64,000 nucleotides of DNA from an uncultured Pelagibacteraceae bacterium (GCA_902510635.1 CABXCB010000001.1:5399-69398); one strand, 5' to 3'. Positions 16,422 through 27,135 are shown, counted from the first letter of the stretch. Notes: generated from the letters alone by a model not told the origin. A program made the numbers and translations.

Positions 16422-17516
16422 CTCTTTAGATAAAAACTTTTTTATTTTTAATTGATCAAATTTTAAATCTAAAACAACTTTTCCAATTTTTCTTATTAAT
16501 ATCAAATTTATTTTGGAAGAACTATTTTTTTTATCTATTTTCATATATTTAATTATTAAATTTATATCTTTTTTTCTAAAATACGAATTTAAATTTATTG
16601 GTATATTTAAATTATTTATATGATTTATTATTTGCTCATAATTTTTTTTATTTAAAATATTATTTTCAAGGCTAAATTTTGCTGAGCTGACAATTCCCAA
16701 TATAACCGCTTCACCATGATTAAGCTTTTTTGAATATGCAAGGGCAGCTTCATAAGCATGTGCAAATGTATGACCCAAGTTAAGAATTTTTCTTAAATTT
16801 TTCTCTCTTTCATCTAGTTGAATAATATTTCTTTTAATTCTACAACTATCTGCAATAGTTTTTTCAATAAATGGAGATTCTAAATTTAGTATTTTAGAAA
16901 AATTTTTTTTCAAGTAATTAAAATTTTTTATATTACCTATAATTGAATGTTTTAATATTTCTCCATAACCACAATTTAATTCTCTTTTTGGCAAAGAATT
17001 TAAAATATCTACATCAGATAAAACCAAATCGGGCTGCATAAAAGAACCAACTAAGTTTTTTCCATATCTATTGTTAACCCCTGTTTTTCCACCAATAGAT
17101 GAATCTACCTGAGCTAAGAGTGTTGTAGGAATATTAATAAATTTTAAACCTCTTTTAAAAATACTCGCCACAAAACCAGATACGTCTCCTGCAATACCTC
17201 CTCCAAAAGATATGATGCAGTCATTTCTATTAAAGTTAAATTTAAATAATTTATCTAAGATTAAATTTACACTTTTTAAATTCTTATTTTTTTCACTTGA
17301 GTTAAAAAGATGTATAACTACTTTTTTAGAAGTAAATTTTTTTTTTAAAATATTTATTTTTTTCTTTGGAACTTTTGAATCTACAACTATTAAAACTTTC
17401 TTAAAGTTAATATTATTTATTTTTAAAATATTAGAAACTTGTGAAATAATATTTTTACCTATTATTACAGAATATATTTTAGATTTAGTTTTGACATTTA
17501 ACTTAATTTTTTTCAT
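16410..17516 (-). CDS. aroB: 3-dehydroquinate synthase
   Basis: GGGIAGD, PTTLLAQVDSSIGGKTG, KNLVGSF, LNLGHTFAHAYE, HGEAV. Confidence 0.96.
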   Translation of the reverse strand: MKKIKLNVKTKSKIYSVIIGKNIISQVSNILKINNINFKKVLIVVDSKVPKKKINILKKKFTSKKVVIHLFNSSEKNKNLKSVNLILDKLFKFNFNRNDCIISFGGGIAGDVSGFVASIFKRGLKFINIPTTLLAQVDSSIGGKTGVNNRYGKNLVGSFMQPDLVLSDVDILNSLPKRELNCGYGEILKHSIIGNIKNFNYLKKNFSKILNLESPFIEKTIADSCRIKRNIIQLDEREKNLRKILNLGHTFAHAYEAALAYSKKLNHGEAVILGIVSSAKFSLENNILNKKNYEQIINHINNLNIPINLNSYFRKKDINLIIKYMKIDKKNSSSKINLILIRKIGKVVLDLKFDQLKIKKFLSKELIN

Positions 17517-18015
17517 ATAATTCTATTATATTTTTAACTATCATATTTTTTGTTAAGGCTTCACAATTTATCTTATAATTTGCTTGGCAATATATATTTG
17601 ATCTTTCTTTTATTAGTTTTGTTAAATTACTTTTACTAGAATTAAATGCAATTGGTCTTTTTTTACTTTTTAAAATTCTTTTTATTATTGTTGAATTTTT
17701 CCAATTTAGCCAAAATGAAACATGGTTTTTAAGTATTTCTTGTCTTATATTTTTATTAAGAAAACTACCACCTCCTAATGATATAACGTTTCTATTATTT
17801 TTAAGAAGCTTTAATGTTATTTTTTCTTCTAAGCTTCTAAAGTAGGCCTCCCCTTTTATTTGAAAAATGTCATAAATTTTAAGATTTGTATCTTTTTCAA
17901 TAAATTTATCGATATCTAAAAAATTAAAATTAATATTTTTTGATAAAAGGTAACCAATTGTAGATTTTCCAGATCCCATCATGCCCAGTAAAACTATATT
18001 CTTATTTAAATTCAT
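17503..18015 (-). CDS. aroK: Shikimate kinase
   Basis: GMMGSGKSTIG P-loop, GEAYFR, SLGGG, RP; upstream of aroB. Confidence 0.95.
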   Translation of the reverse strand: MNLNKNIVLLGMMGSGKSTIGYLLSKNINFNFLDIDKFIEKDTNLKIYDIFQIKGEAYFRSLEEKITLKLLKNNRNVISLGGGSFLNKNIRQEILKNHVSFWLNWKNSTIIKRILKSKKRPIAFNSSKSNLTKLIKERSNIYCQANYKINCEALTKNMIVKNIIELYEKN

Positions 18016-18070
18016 AATTCTTTATTGAAAAACCACAAATATGTCTTATTTTGAAAATACTTAACACTAT

Positions 18071-18256
18071 ATGCAATTTGAAAAAAAAACAAGAATAGGA
18101 AGCTCGAAAGGTATCTTGGGAATATTAATTAAAATTATTTTAATGTTCATTATTTTAGGCATTGCTATCATTCTAATTGATAGAATTAATTTTCCATCTC
18201 CAATTAAAAAAATTGAAAAAGTAATTCCTAATGATAATTTTAAAATTATTAAATAA
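18071..18256 (+). CDS. Small single-pass membrane protein, unknown function
   Basis: 61 aa ORF with a central hydrophobic helix followed by P-S-P..IEK; overlaps next ORF. Confidence 0.7.
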   Translation: MQFEKKTRIGSSKGILGILIKIILMFIILGIAIILIDRINFPSPIKKIEKVIPNDNFKIIK

Positions 18257-19988
18257 AAATACTTTATTAACTTTTTTTATTTCTATTTTATTATTTTCAG
18301 CTCAACTTAATGCCGAAGATGAGCCAGAAGATATATGGGATTTAGAAAAAAAAGATAAACAAAATTCATCCACAATAATAAATGATATTGAAATTGATAA
18401 TGAAAAAAAAATTGGAATCAATAATGAAAATACAGAAAGTAAAATAAATATAATTGATAGCAATCAATTGGAAGACAATACAATTAGTATTGTAGGTTTG
18501 TATGACCCTGAAGAAAATGGATTAAATATTGATATGTGGTCCAATTCAAACGGAAGTGAAATAAAATTAATTTTAAAAAAAATAGATAAAATGAATCTTT
18601 CAAAAGATTCTAAAGAAATTTTAGATATTGCTTTATTAACGAATTCATATTTTCCAAAAGAAAATATAACAGAAGAAGATTTTGTAGATTTTAAATTAAA
18701 ATACCTAATAAAAAATAATGATAAAAATTTAATTAAATTATATTTAATAAAAAATGATAAAGTTCCTTATAATTCAAATTTAATTAAATTTTATATTAAT
18801 AGTTATCTTGAAAATGCAGATTTAGAAAGTGCTTGTAAAATTTTTGATGAAATAAAATATTTTAGTGATGACTATATTAATAAATTTCAAATTTATTGTT
18901 TAATTGATCAAGAAAAAAGAGAAGAGGCACAACTTCTTTATGACTTAAATAAAGAAACTGGTCTCAAAGATGATTTTTATGAAGATAAATTCAATTTTTT
19001 AATGGAATATACTGAGAAAGCCGATGAAAATATATCTGATAAAAATATATTAAACTTTCATTTATCCCATAGAACAAATAATAATTTTTTATATCAGCCC
19101 AAAGAAGATAGTCCAAAATTTATTTGGAGATATTTATCTTCTTCAAATTTGTTAGAAAATATAAATGAGATAAATCTAGAAGATATTAAAAAAATTTCTT
19201 TGATTGAAAAGGCAACTCATGAAAATAACTATAAAGAAAAAGAATTATTTGAGCTATATAAAAGATTTCAATTTAACATCAATCAACTCTTAAACGTAAA
19301 AGATTCATATAAGTTATTACAAAATTACGAAGGTAGAGCTTTGCTTTATCAAAGATTAATATTAACTGAAGATGAAATTCAAATTTTAGATTTATCGTAT
19401 AAATTAAAGGAGTCATTCATTAAAGATAATATAGAAAATGCTTTTAGAAACGAATTAAAAAGAGTCTTGTTAAAAGTAAGTAAAGAACAAGTACCTTCAA
19501 ATTTTTCATCATTTTATAATAATAATTTAACTATACCAGCCAGAGAAGCAAAAAACATAAAAGTTAATAATAAAATAATCCACCAATCTAAATTATTAAA
19601 ATATTTTGAAACTCAATATGAAGTCAAAAAAGTTGAAGATGATTTAAATAAATTGTTCAAATCGATAAAAAAAAACAAAGACTACAATGTATCAATAAAA
19701 GATTTAATTATGTTAGAATCATTGATTTCAGATGGTGTAGTAATATCTAAAAAATATAAAAATATGTTTAAATTTGACCAATCAAATGTACCAACTGATA
19801 TACAATTATTATTAAATAATAATGAATCTGGCATGATTTTGTTGAGATTAGTTGAAATAATTGGAGAAGATGATTTAAAAAGTCTAGATCCAGATACATT
19901 GTATTTTATTGTAAGTATCTTGAACCAACTAAATTTGGATTCTGTTAGAAATGAGATCTTATTAAAAGTTCTTCCTTTAAAAATTTAA
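18231..19988 (+). CDS. Hypothetical exported protein
   Basis: 585 aa; signal-peptide-like N-terminus (..AQLNA|EDEPEDIW), GLYDPEENGLNIDMWSNS motif. Confidence 0.8.
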   Translation: MIILKLLNKNTLLTFFISILLFSAQLNAEDEPEDIWDLEKKDKQNSSTIINDIEIDNEKKIGINNENTESKINIIDSNQLEDNTISIVGLYDPEENGLNIDMWSNSNGSEIKLILKKIDKMNLSKDSKEILDIALLTNSYFPKENITEEDFVDFKLKYLIKNNDKNLIKLYLIKNDKVPYNSNLIKFYINSYLENADLESACKIFDEIKYFSDDYINKFQIYCLIDQEKREEAQLLYDLNKETGLKDDFYEDKFNFLMEYTEKADENISDKNILNFHLSHRTNNNFLYQPKEDSPKFIWRYLSSSNLLENINEINLEDIKKISLIEKATHENNYKEKELFELYKRFQFNINQLLNVKDSYKLLQNYEGRALLYQRLILTEDEIQILDLSYKLKESFIKDNIENAFRNELKRVLLKVSKEQVPSNFSSFYNNNLTIPAREAKNIKVNNKIIHQSKLLKYFETQYEVKKVEDDLNKLFKSIKKNKDYNVSIKDLIMLESLISDGVVISKKYKNMFKFDQSNVPTDIQLLLNNNESGMILLRLVEIIGEDDLKSLDPDTLYFIVSILNQLNLDSVRNEILLKVLPLKI

Positions 19989-20009
19989 AAATTATATTAA
20001 AATTAAATT

Positions 20010-20534
20010 ATGACTGTAAAAACTATTTTAACTGAGCCTAACAAAATATTACGTCAAGTTTCTCTTCCTGTTGAAAAAGTGGGTAAAGAAGAGCAGGAAT
20101 TAATGAATGATATGCTAGAAACAATGTACGATGCTAAAGGCATTGGTTTAGCTGCAATTCAGATAGGTGTTCCCAAGAGAATTATTGTCATGGATATTGA
20201 AAACAAAGATAAAGAAAAAAAACCAATGTATTTTGTTAACCCAATAATCAAAAACAAAAATTCTAATCATTCCACATATGAAGAAGGATGTTTGTCAGTT
20301 CCAAATCAATTTGCAGAAGTTGATAGACCAAGCACATGTTTAGTTGAATATCTAGATTATGATGGAAACAAAAAAAAATTAAAGGCAACTGGATTACTTG
20401 CTACTTGTATACAACATGAAATGGATCATTTAGAGGGAATATTATTTATTGATTATCTTTCGAAGTTAAAAAAAATGATGATTATAAAAAAACTATCTAA
20501 ACAAAAAAACAAAGTAGATAGAATAATTGTTTAA
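20010..20534 (+). CDS. def: Peptide deformylase
   Basis: GIGLAAIQ, EGCLS, QHEMDH motifs. Confidence 0.98.
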   Translation: MTVKTILTEPNKILRQVSLPVEKVGKEEQELMNDMLETMYDAKGIGLAAIQIGVPKRIIVMDIENKDKEKKPMYFVNPIIKNKNSNHSTYEEGCLSVPNQFAEVDRPSTCLVEYLDYDGNKKKLKATGLLATCIQHEMDHLEGILFIDYLSKLKKMMIIKKLSKQKNKVDRIIV

Positions 20535-20537
20535 TCA

Positions 20538-21461
20538 ATGAGTGAAAAGATAGTTTTTATGGGAACATCAAATTTTGCTGTTCCTATTTTAAAATCACTT
20601 TATCAAAATGGATATCAAATATCAGCTGTTTATACTCAACCACCTAAAAAATCTAATAGAGGTCAAAAGCTAAATAAATCACCAATACATTTATTCTCTG
20701 AAAATATAAGCTTAGATGTAAGAACTCCTCAATTTTTAAAAAATAACAATAAGGAAGAATTATATCTTGCTGAATTACGGCCAGATATTATTCTAGTAGT
20801 TTCATATGGCCAGATAATTCCAAAAAATTTTTTAAATATTCCTAAAAATGGATTTTTAAATGTTCATGCTTCTTTATTGCCGAAGTGGAGAGGAGCAGCT
20901 CCTATACAAAGATCAATAATGAATCAAGATAAAGAAACAGGAATTAGTGTAATGAAAATAAATGAAAATTTAGATGAGGGACCAGTTTGTACCCAACATT
21001 CAATTACAATTTCAGAAAAAATAAATTCAGAAGAATTATCTGAAAAATTATCACTCATATCTTCAGAAAAAATTTTAGATATTTTAGACAATATTTTTGA
21101 TGGTAGTATAGAATTTAAGGATCAAGATCATTCAAAGGCAACTTATGCAAAAAAAATTCAAAAAATAGAGGGAAAAATTGATTGGAATGAAAATGCAGAA
21201 AAAATAATTGGAAAAATAAATGGACTATATCCATATCCTGGTGCTTTTTTTTCATTTAATGGAGAAAGATATAAAATATTAAAAGCAGAAAGGTCTAATA
21301 CAGAAGGAAAAGTTGGTAGTATAGTAAGCGAAAATTTCGAGGTCTGTTGTGGAAAAGGATCTATAAAAGTATTAAGTATTCAGAGAGAAGGTAAAAGAGT
21401 TCAACAAATAAATGAATTTTTACTTGGTACTCAAATTAAAAAAGGTGCCAATATTGCTTAA
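20538..21461 (+). CDS. fmt: Methionyl-tRNA formyltransferase
   Basis: FMGT, NVHASLLPKWRGAAPIQ, LDEG; follows def. Confidence 0.97.
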   Translation: MSEKIVFMGTSNFAVPILKSLYQNGYQISAVYTQPPKKSNRGQKLNKSPIHLFSENISLDVRTPQFLKNNNKEELYLAELRPDIILVVSYGQIIPKNFLNIPKNGFLNVHASLLPKWRGAAPIQRSIMNQDKETGISVMKINENLDEGPVCTQHSITISEKINSEELSEKLSLISSEKILDILDNIFDGSIEFKDQDHSKATYAKKIQKIEGKIDWNENAEKIIGKINGLYPYPGAFFSFNGERYKILKAERSNTEGKVGSIVSENFEVCCGKGSIKVLSIQREGKRVQQINEFLLGTQIKKGANIA

Positions 21462-22201
21462 TGTATAGATATCAAATTTTAATTGAATATGTTGGCACTT
21501 CTTTTGTAGGTTGGCAAATACAAAAAAAAGGAAAATCTATTCAAAAAACAGTTCAAGAAATTTTATCAAAATTATTAAAGGAAAAAATTATCTTATATGG
21601 AGCAGGAAGAACCGATGCAAGAGTACATGCTTTAGAGCAGTCTGCTCATTTTGACGTCAGAAAAAAAATTCGAAATATTGACAAAACTATCAAATCATTA
21701 AATTTTTTTTTAAACGATAAAATGATTTCAATAATTAAAATTAAAAAGAAAGCTAAGCATTTTCATGCAAGACATTCAGCTAAAGAAAGAATATATCTGT
21801 ACTTAATTCAAAATAGACTATCACCATCAACTTTGAATAAAGATAGAGAATGGCATATTCGAAAAAAATTAGATGTAAAATTGATTAAAAAGGGTGTTAA
21901 AAAATTAATTGGAACACATGATTTTTCTACATTTAGAGCTTCTAATTGTAGTGCAAAAAGTGCAGTAAGAACTATAAATGAGATTATAGTAAGTAAGTCA
22001 AAAAATTGTATTAAATTAAAATTTAAATCAAAATCTTTTTTAAAAAACCAGGTTAGATCCATGGTGGGTTGTTTAAAATATCTTGGAGAAAATAAATGGA
22101 ACTTAAAAAAATTTGAAGATGTTATTATTAAAAAAGATAGAACAAAAGTTGCGCCACCTGCACCAGCATATGGATTATATCTTGAAAAAATTATCTACTA
22201 A
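21461..22201 (+). CDS. truA: tRNA pseudouridine(38-40) synthase
   Basis: GWQ, AGRTDARVHA, FHAR, GTHDFSTF, FLKNQVR, APAYGLYL. Confidence 0.96.
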   Translation: MYRYQILIEYVGTSFVGWQIQKKGKSIQKTVQEILSKLLKEKIILYGAGRTDARVHALEQSAHFDVRKKIRNIDKTIKSLNFFLNDKMISIIKIKKKAKHFHARHSAKERIYLYLIQNRLSPSTLNKDREWHIRKKLDVKLIKKGVKKLIGTHDFSTFRASNCSAKSAVRTINEIIVSKSKNCIKLKFKSKSFLKNQVRSMVGCLKYLGENKWNLKKFEDVIIKKDRTKVAPPAPAYGLYLEKIIY

Positions 22202-22667
22202 TTCTTAAATTTTTTTTGAATTTTTTATTAATACGCCAACGACTTTCCATTCTAACTATATATCCACAGCAATTATTAGATTTACATTTGCATGGAAATT
22301 GTTTGTAATCAGAGTCATAACCAAAACCATAATCACAAGTTAATTCCTCACCTTTTTTTATATCATTAATTGAAACTACCCAAAGTTTTAAGCCTTTACC
22401 TTCATATTCACAGTTGTTTGAACAAGAATGATTAATTAAACGAGCTGTATTCCATGAAACATCACCATCTAAATCATATCTACTATTTAAATTAAATAAA
22501 TAAATTGGTTTGGAATTATCAAACTTTTCAGAATTCTCAGTTTGTTTTTTTGTAATGATATTTCCAATATAATCTATAATTTTAGTTCCTGCTTTAATAT
22601 TTTTAGTAGCATAAAGTCCGCGACCGTTTCTATCAATATTAGATTTTTTTATTCTATAAAGATTCAT
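22191..22667 (-). CDS. SET-domain protein-lysine methyltransferase with post-SET cysteines
   Basis: GRGLYA, ARLINHSC, GEELTCDY, CKCKSNNC. Confidence 0.9.
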   Translation of the reverse strand: MNLYRIKKSNIDRNGRGLYATKNIKAGTKIIDYIGNIITKKQTENSEKFDNSKPIYLFNLNSRYDLDGDVSWNTARLINHSCSNNCEYEGKGLKLWVVSINDIKKGEELTCDYGFGYDSDYKQFPCKCKSNNCCGYIVRMESRWRINKKFKKNLRISR

Positions 22668-22698
22668 TATTACTTATTTAATGAAAAATTTTTTAATT

Positions 22699-23622
22699 TC
22701 AATTAAATTCTAGTAAAGCGTTAACGTGCTCGTTAGCACTTTCAGCTAATGCATTAAGATCATAACCACCTTCTAAAATAGATACAACTTTTCCATTACA
22801 AAACTCCTTTGTTGTTTCCAAAGCCCTTCTAGTTATTTCATAATAGTCTCTAGACTCTAAATTTAGTTGACATAATGGATCAAGACGATGGGCGTCATAG
22901 CCTGCTGACATCAATATAAACTCAGGTCTAAATTCTTTTAATCTCTTAAGCATATGTTCATAAGCGTCAAAGTATTGTCTAGAGTTAGTTCCCGCCGGCA
23001 ATGGGATATTTAAAACATTATTATGATCACCTTTTTCATCCTCTGTTCCACCTCCTGGATAGTAAGGATATTGATGTAAGCTTGAAAAAAAAACATTTTC
23101 ATTCGACTTAAGAATATCATAACTTCCATTTCCAAAGTGACAATCCCAGTCCAAAACTGCAACTCTTTTATATTTATATTTAGAAATTAAATAATTTGCA
23201 GCAACACTAATATTATTTATTACGCAAAAGCCCATTGCTTTATTTTTTTCTGCATGATGACCAGGTGGACGAGTAACACAATGAGCGGTATTAAACTCTT
23301 TATTTTCAACTCCATCAATTGCAGTTATTATTGAACCTACTGCATCAAAAGTTGCATCTTTACTTCCAGGCGAAACAACTGTGTCACCGTCTAAAAATGA
23401 TAATCCTTCATTTGGAAAAGAGCTTTCAATAGTGTCTATATAACTAGACGAATGTGTTTGTTTTATAATATTTTTGTTGAAATCAGTTGGACTTTTCCAA
23501 ATTAAATTTTTATTTTTTTTTAATGTTTCAATTATTGATGTTACTCTAGAAATACTCTCTGGATGTCCAGATCCAGTATTATGATTTAATGAAGATTTTG
23601 ATGTAACAATTGCTGTTTTCAT
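22699..23622 (-). CDS. Histone deacetylase family (Zn-dependent) amidohydrolase
   Basis: HPE, RPPGHHA, GFC, DWDCHFGNG, SAGYDAH, LEGGY. Confidence 0.93.
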   Translation of the reverse strand: MKTAIVTSKSSLNHNTGSGHPESISRVTSIIETLKKNKNLIWKSPTDFNKNIIKQTHSSSYIDTIESSFPNEGLSFLDGDTVVSPGSKDATFDAVGSIITAIDGVENKEFNTAHCVTRPPGHHAEKNKAMGFCVINNISVAANYLISKYKYKRVAVLDWDCHFGNGSYDILKSNENVFFSSLHQYPYYPGGGTEDEKGDHNNVLNIPLPAGTNSRQYFDAYEHMLKRLKEFRPEFILMSAGYDAHRLDPLCQLNLESRDYYEITRRALETTKEFCNGKVVSILEGGYDLNALAESANEHVNALLEFN

Positions 23623-24761
23623 TAAAAATAATTTTCTAAAATATTATAATATATTTTAGTCAATTTCTTCAAATCTGAAATTGATGTTCTTTCATCTACC
23701 ATGTGAATAGTATTATTTCTTAATCCTAATTCTAGCCTTGGAATTGAACCTAAAAATCGGCTGTCACTTGTTCCGCCTTTACAATTTAATTTTGGTGAAT
23801 TTCCAGTGATTTTTTTCACAATTTTTTTAATCATGTATATTTCTTTATTAGGCTGAGTGTAAAAAGCTTCACCACTAACTCTATATTCTATTTTAGTTTT
23901 ACATTTTTCTTTTTTTGCAACTGTATTAATTATTTTGTTTAACTTTTTCTTTAAAGAAGACGATTTATGTTTTGAGTTAAATCTTATATTAAATTTAGCA
24001 CTTGCAGATTGTGGCACTACATTTTCTGACAAGTTATCTACATTTATTTTTGTAAACTCCAGGTTTGATGGAGGCATGAATTTAGTGCCATAATCTAAAG
24101 ATGTACTTTTTAATCTTGTGATTATTTTCGCTAGAGCTGTACATGGATTGATATAAGATCCATAAAATGCTGAGTGACCACTTTTTCCATATACATTTAT
24201 TATTCCATTCATAGAGCCACGTCTTCCAATTCTAATTTCATCCCCAATTGAACTATTTGAAGATGGTTCTGCTACAATTGAAAAATCAATTTTCTCTCTT
24301 TTTTTTTTTAGATATTTAATAATTGCCGGTGTTCCAAGGCTCGTTGTCTCCTCATCTGCAGCGATAGTAATTGAGATGGATCCTTTAAATTTTTTGTTTT
24401 TAATAAAGGTGCTAATTGCACTTATAAAGCAAGCTATCCCACCTTTCATATCTTGAGATCCTCTACCATTTAAATATCCTTTTCTTATAACACCTTTAAA
24501 TGGTGGAATTTTCCAATTATTAAGGTTTGCAACCACATCTGTATGTCCTAAAAAATTTATATGAGGTTTTGAGTTACCAAATTTAGCATATAAATTTAAA
24601 GCAGATTTTAGTCCTGTTCCTTTTGATTTAATAATTATACATTTAAAACCAATTGAAGATAGTTTTTTAGACAAAAATTTCATTATACCTTTGTCTTCAG
24701 TTTTAACAGTTGGAAATTTTATTAGCTCTTGAGCTAATTTTAATTCATTATATGTTTTCAT
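23622..24761 (-). CDS. dapE: Succinyl-diaminopimelate desuccinylase
   Basis: GHTDVV, GRGSQDMKG, ADEE, IGRRGS, GGTSDSRF, IHMVDE; adjacent to dapD. Confidence 0.92.
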   Translation of the reverse strand: MKTYNELKLAQELIKFPTVKTEDKGIMKFLSKKLSSIGFKCIIIKSKGTGLKSALNLYAKFGNSKPHINFLGHTDVVANLNNWKIPPFKGVIRKGYLNGRGSQDMKGGIACFISAISTFIKNKKFKGSISITIAADEETTSLGTPAIIKYLKKKREKIDFSIVAEPSSNSSIGDEIRIGRRGSMNGIINVYGKSGHSAFYGSYINPCTALAKIITRLKSTSLDYGTKFMPPSNLEFTKINVDNLSENVVPQSASAKFNIRFNSKHKSSSLKKKLNKIINTVAKKEKCKTKIEYRVSGEAFYTQPNKEIYMIKKIVKKITGNSPKLNCKGGTSDSRFLGSIPRLELGLRNNTIHMVDERTSISDLKKLTKIYYNILENYF

Positions 24762-24765
24762 TAAT

Positions 24766-25596
24766 CTATTCTCTTAAAAGATCGTTGATAGAAGTTTTAG
24801 ATCTAGTTTTTTCATCAACTTGCTTAATTATTACCGCACAATACAAAGATGGTGCAGATGAATTATTCTTATCTGGCATTGAACCTGGCACAACAACTGA
24901 GTATGGTGGAATTTTTCCATAAGTAATTTCACCAGTCTTTCGATTAACAATCTTAGTTGATTGACCAATATACATACCCATGCTCAAAACAGATCCTTCA
25001 CCAACAATTACTCCTTCAACAACTTCTGACATAGCGCCAACAAATACATTGTCTTCAATAATTGTTGGTAATGCTTGTGCGGGTTCCAACACGCCTCCAA
25101 TACCTGATCCAGCAGATATATGACAATTTTTTCCTATTTGACAACAGCTACCTGCTCTTGCAAATGTATCAATCATAGTTCCTTCATCGATATAAGCTCC
25201 AATATTTACATAGCATGGCATAAGCACTGCATTTTTACCAATAAAAGATCCTTTGCGAATTGGAGAATTAGGTGGATTTCTAAAACCAGCTTTTTCATGA
25301 TCTTCTTTTGTCCAGCCAGCTGTTTTACCTTTTAGTAAATGAGCTTTATCATACCAACTACTATATGGGCCACTCAAAGCTTCCATTCCATGAATTCTAA
25401 AACTTAACATGATTGCTTTTTTAATATGTTGATGAGTTATCCATTCTCCATCAATCTTTTCAGCAACTCTAACTTTTCCACTGTCTAAATCTACAATAAT
25501 TTGATTAATAGTATCCTTAATTTTTTTGTCAGAACTAGGGTTTATTTGATCTTTATTTTCCCAAGCATCATTTATAATTTTTTCTATATCGCTCAT
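24766..25596 (-). CDS. dapD: 2,3,4,5-tetrahydropyridine-2,6-dicarboxylate N-succinyltransferase
   Basis: LDSGKVRVAEK, VNIGAYIDEGTMID, GGVLEP, YCAVIIK, KTSINDLLR. Confidence 0.97.
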   Translation of the reverse strand: MSDIEKIINDAWENKDQINPSSDKKIKDTINQIIVDLDSGKVRVAEKIDGEWITHQHIKKAIMLSFRIHGMEALSGPYSSWYDKAHLLKGKTAGWTKEDHEKAGFRNPPNSPIRKGSFIGKNAVLMPCYVNIGAYIDEGTMIDTFARAGSCCQIGKNCHISAGSGIGGVLEPAQALPTIIEDNVFVGAMSEVVEGVIVGEGSVLSMGMYIGQSTKIVNRKTGEITYGKIPPYSVVVPGSMPDKNNSSAPSLYCAVIIKQVDEKTRSKTSINDLLRE

Positions 25597-25600
25597 AATA

Positions 25601-26290
25601 TTATTTCTCTTTTAATAACCTTATTTTTTTTAAAAATAAAGCAAGATTATCAATTTTATAATCAATCACATCTCTATATTTTTTTATGTCATTAATTGGT
25701 TGATCATTAATAAACCAAACTTTTGTCATGTTTTTTGCAGTATTAGATGAGAGATTTTTAGCAATATCTTCTATATAAACAGTTTCTTTATTAGTAGGAA
25801 TTTGAAACTTGTCACACATTAATTTAAGTGACTCGGGGTTAGGTTTTGGCTTAAATTGAAAATCAACAATATCCATGATTTTTCCTTCAAATAAATCATC
25901 AATACCTATTTTTTTCATGCAATTAATTGCATGTTCTTTACTGCCATTAGTTGCACAATAAATCTTTAAATTTAATTTTAATAGTTCTACTCTTAACTCG
26001 GCATCTTTTTTAAGACAGTCATAATTAATATTGTGTACATACTTAAGAAACTCTTTGGCATCTATCAAGTCTGGGTAATTTTTCATTAATCCATTTAAAG
26101 AGGTATCGTATTTATAAAAATAATCTGCTTGAATTTTTTTTGCCTTAATTTTATCTATACCAAGTTTAATTGAGATAAATTCTGTCATTCTGGTTGATAC
26201 TTGACCAAATAAAGTTTTTAAATATTTTGGATGATATATACATCCATCCATATCCAAAATTAAATATTTTGCTTTTTTTAAATCTTTCAT
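25601..26290 (-). CDS. HAD-family pyrimidine 5'-nucleotidase
   Basis: ILDMDGCIY motif I, TNG, PKP, IEDIAKNL; usual argB-nucleotidase-dapD position. Confidence 0.82.
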   Translation of the reverse strand: MKDLKKAKYLILDMDGCIYHPKYLKTLFGQVSTRMTEFISIKLGIDKIKAKKIQADYFYKYDTSLNGLMKNYPDLIDAKEFLKYVHNINYDCLKKDAELRVELLKLNLKIYCATNGSKEHAINCMKKIGIDDLFEGKIMDIVDFQFKPKPNPESLKLMCDKFQIPTNKETVYIEDIAKNLSSNTAKNMTKVWFINDQPINDIKKYRDVIDYKIDNLALFLKKIRLLKEK

Positions 26291-27135
26291 TTTCTAATTA
26301 AAGTTCCAGCACCTTTATCAGAAAATAACTCAAATAATATTGAATGAGGTTTTCTTCCATCAACAATAACTACACCTGTCACTCCATTATTTACTGCGTC
26401 TAGGCAGGTATTGATTTTTGGAATCATTCCACCTGATATATCACCTTCTCTAAGCATTTTTTTTGCAATAGAAGAATTAATCTCCGGGATTAGTTTTTTC
26501 TCTTTATTAAGAACACCTTCAACATCTGTCATTAGCAATAACCTTCTTGAGTTTAGTTCTTTAGCAACTGAACCAGCAGCAATATCGGCATTTATATTAT
26601 AGATTTTTTTATCATCGCTTGTGCCCATTGGAACTACTATTGGAATTTTTTTTTCTTTTATTATCTTTAAAAAACCTTTTAAATCTATTTCTTTTGGCGA
26701 ACCAACAAAACCAAGTTCTTTATTTTCTGGTTTAATTTTAATTATATTTTTGTTATGAGGTGCAACAGATTCTGCATTAGTTTGAACATTTTTTAATTTA
26801 TTTATAATTTCAGAATTTAATTCTAAAAGTGCTTCTTCAACAACTTTAATAGTTCTTTCATCAGTAACTCTCAAACCATCAATAAACTTTGATTTTATAT
26901 TTAACTTATCAAGCTTTTTTTTTATATTTTTTCCTCCACCGTGAATGACTATCACCGATAATCCCAACTTATATATTACAGAAACATCTTCAATGAATTG
27001 TTTAAATAAATTTTCATCAAGTAGTACTGATCCACCACATTTAATTACAATTATTTCTTCTAAATACTTTTTAATATATTTTTTAACTTCATTTATAGAT
27101 GGACCATTAGTGGGTAAAATTTTTTCTAAATCCAT
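26287..27135 (-). CDS. argB: Acetylglutamate kinase
   Basis: VIKCGGS, IHGGG, GLRVTD, NINAD, TDVEGV, GGMIPK, GAGT. Confidence 0.96.
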   Translation of the reverse strand: MDLEKILPTNGPSINEVKKYIKKYLEEIIVIKCGGSVLLDENLFKQFIEDVSVIYKLGLSVIVIHGGGKNIKKKLDKLNIKSKFIDGLRVTDERTIKVVEEALLELNSEIINKLKNVQTNAESVAPHNKNIIKIKPENKELGFVGSPKEIDLKGFLKIIKEKKIPIVVPMGTSDDKKIYNINADIAAGSVAKELNSRRLLLMTDVEGVLNKEKKLIPEINSSIAKKMLREGDISGGMIPKINTCLDAVNNGVTGVVIVDGRKPHSILFELFSDKGAGTLIRK

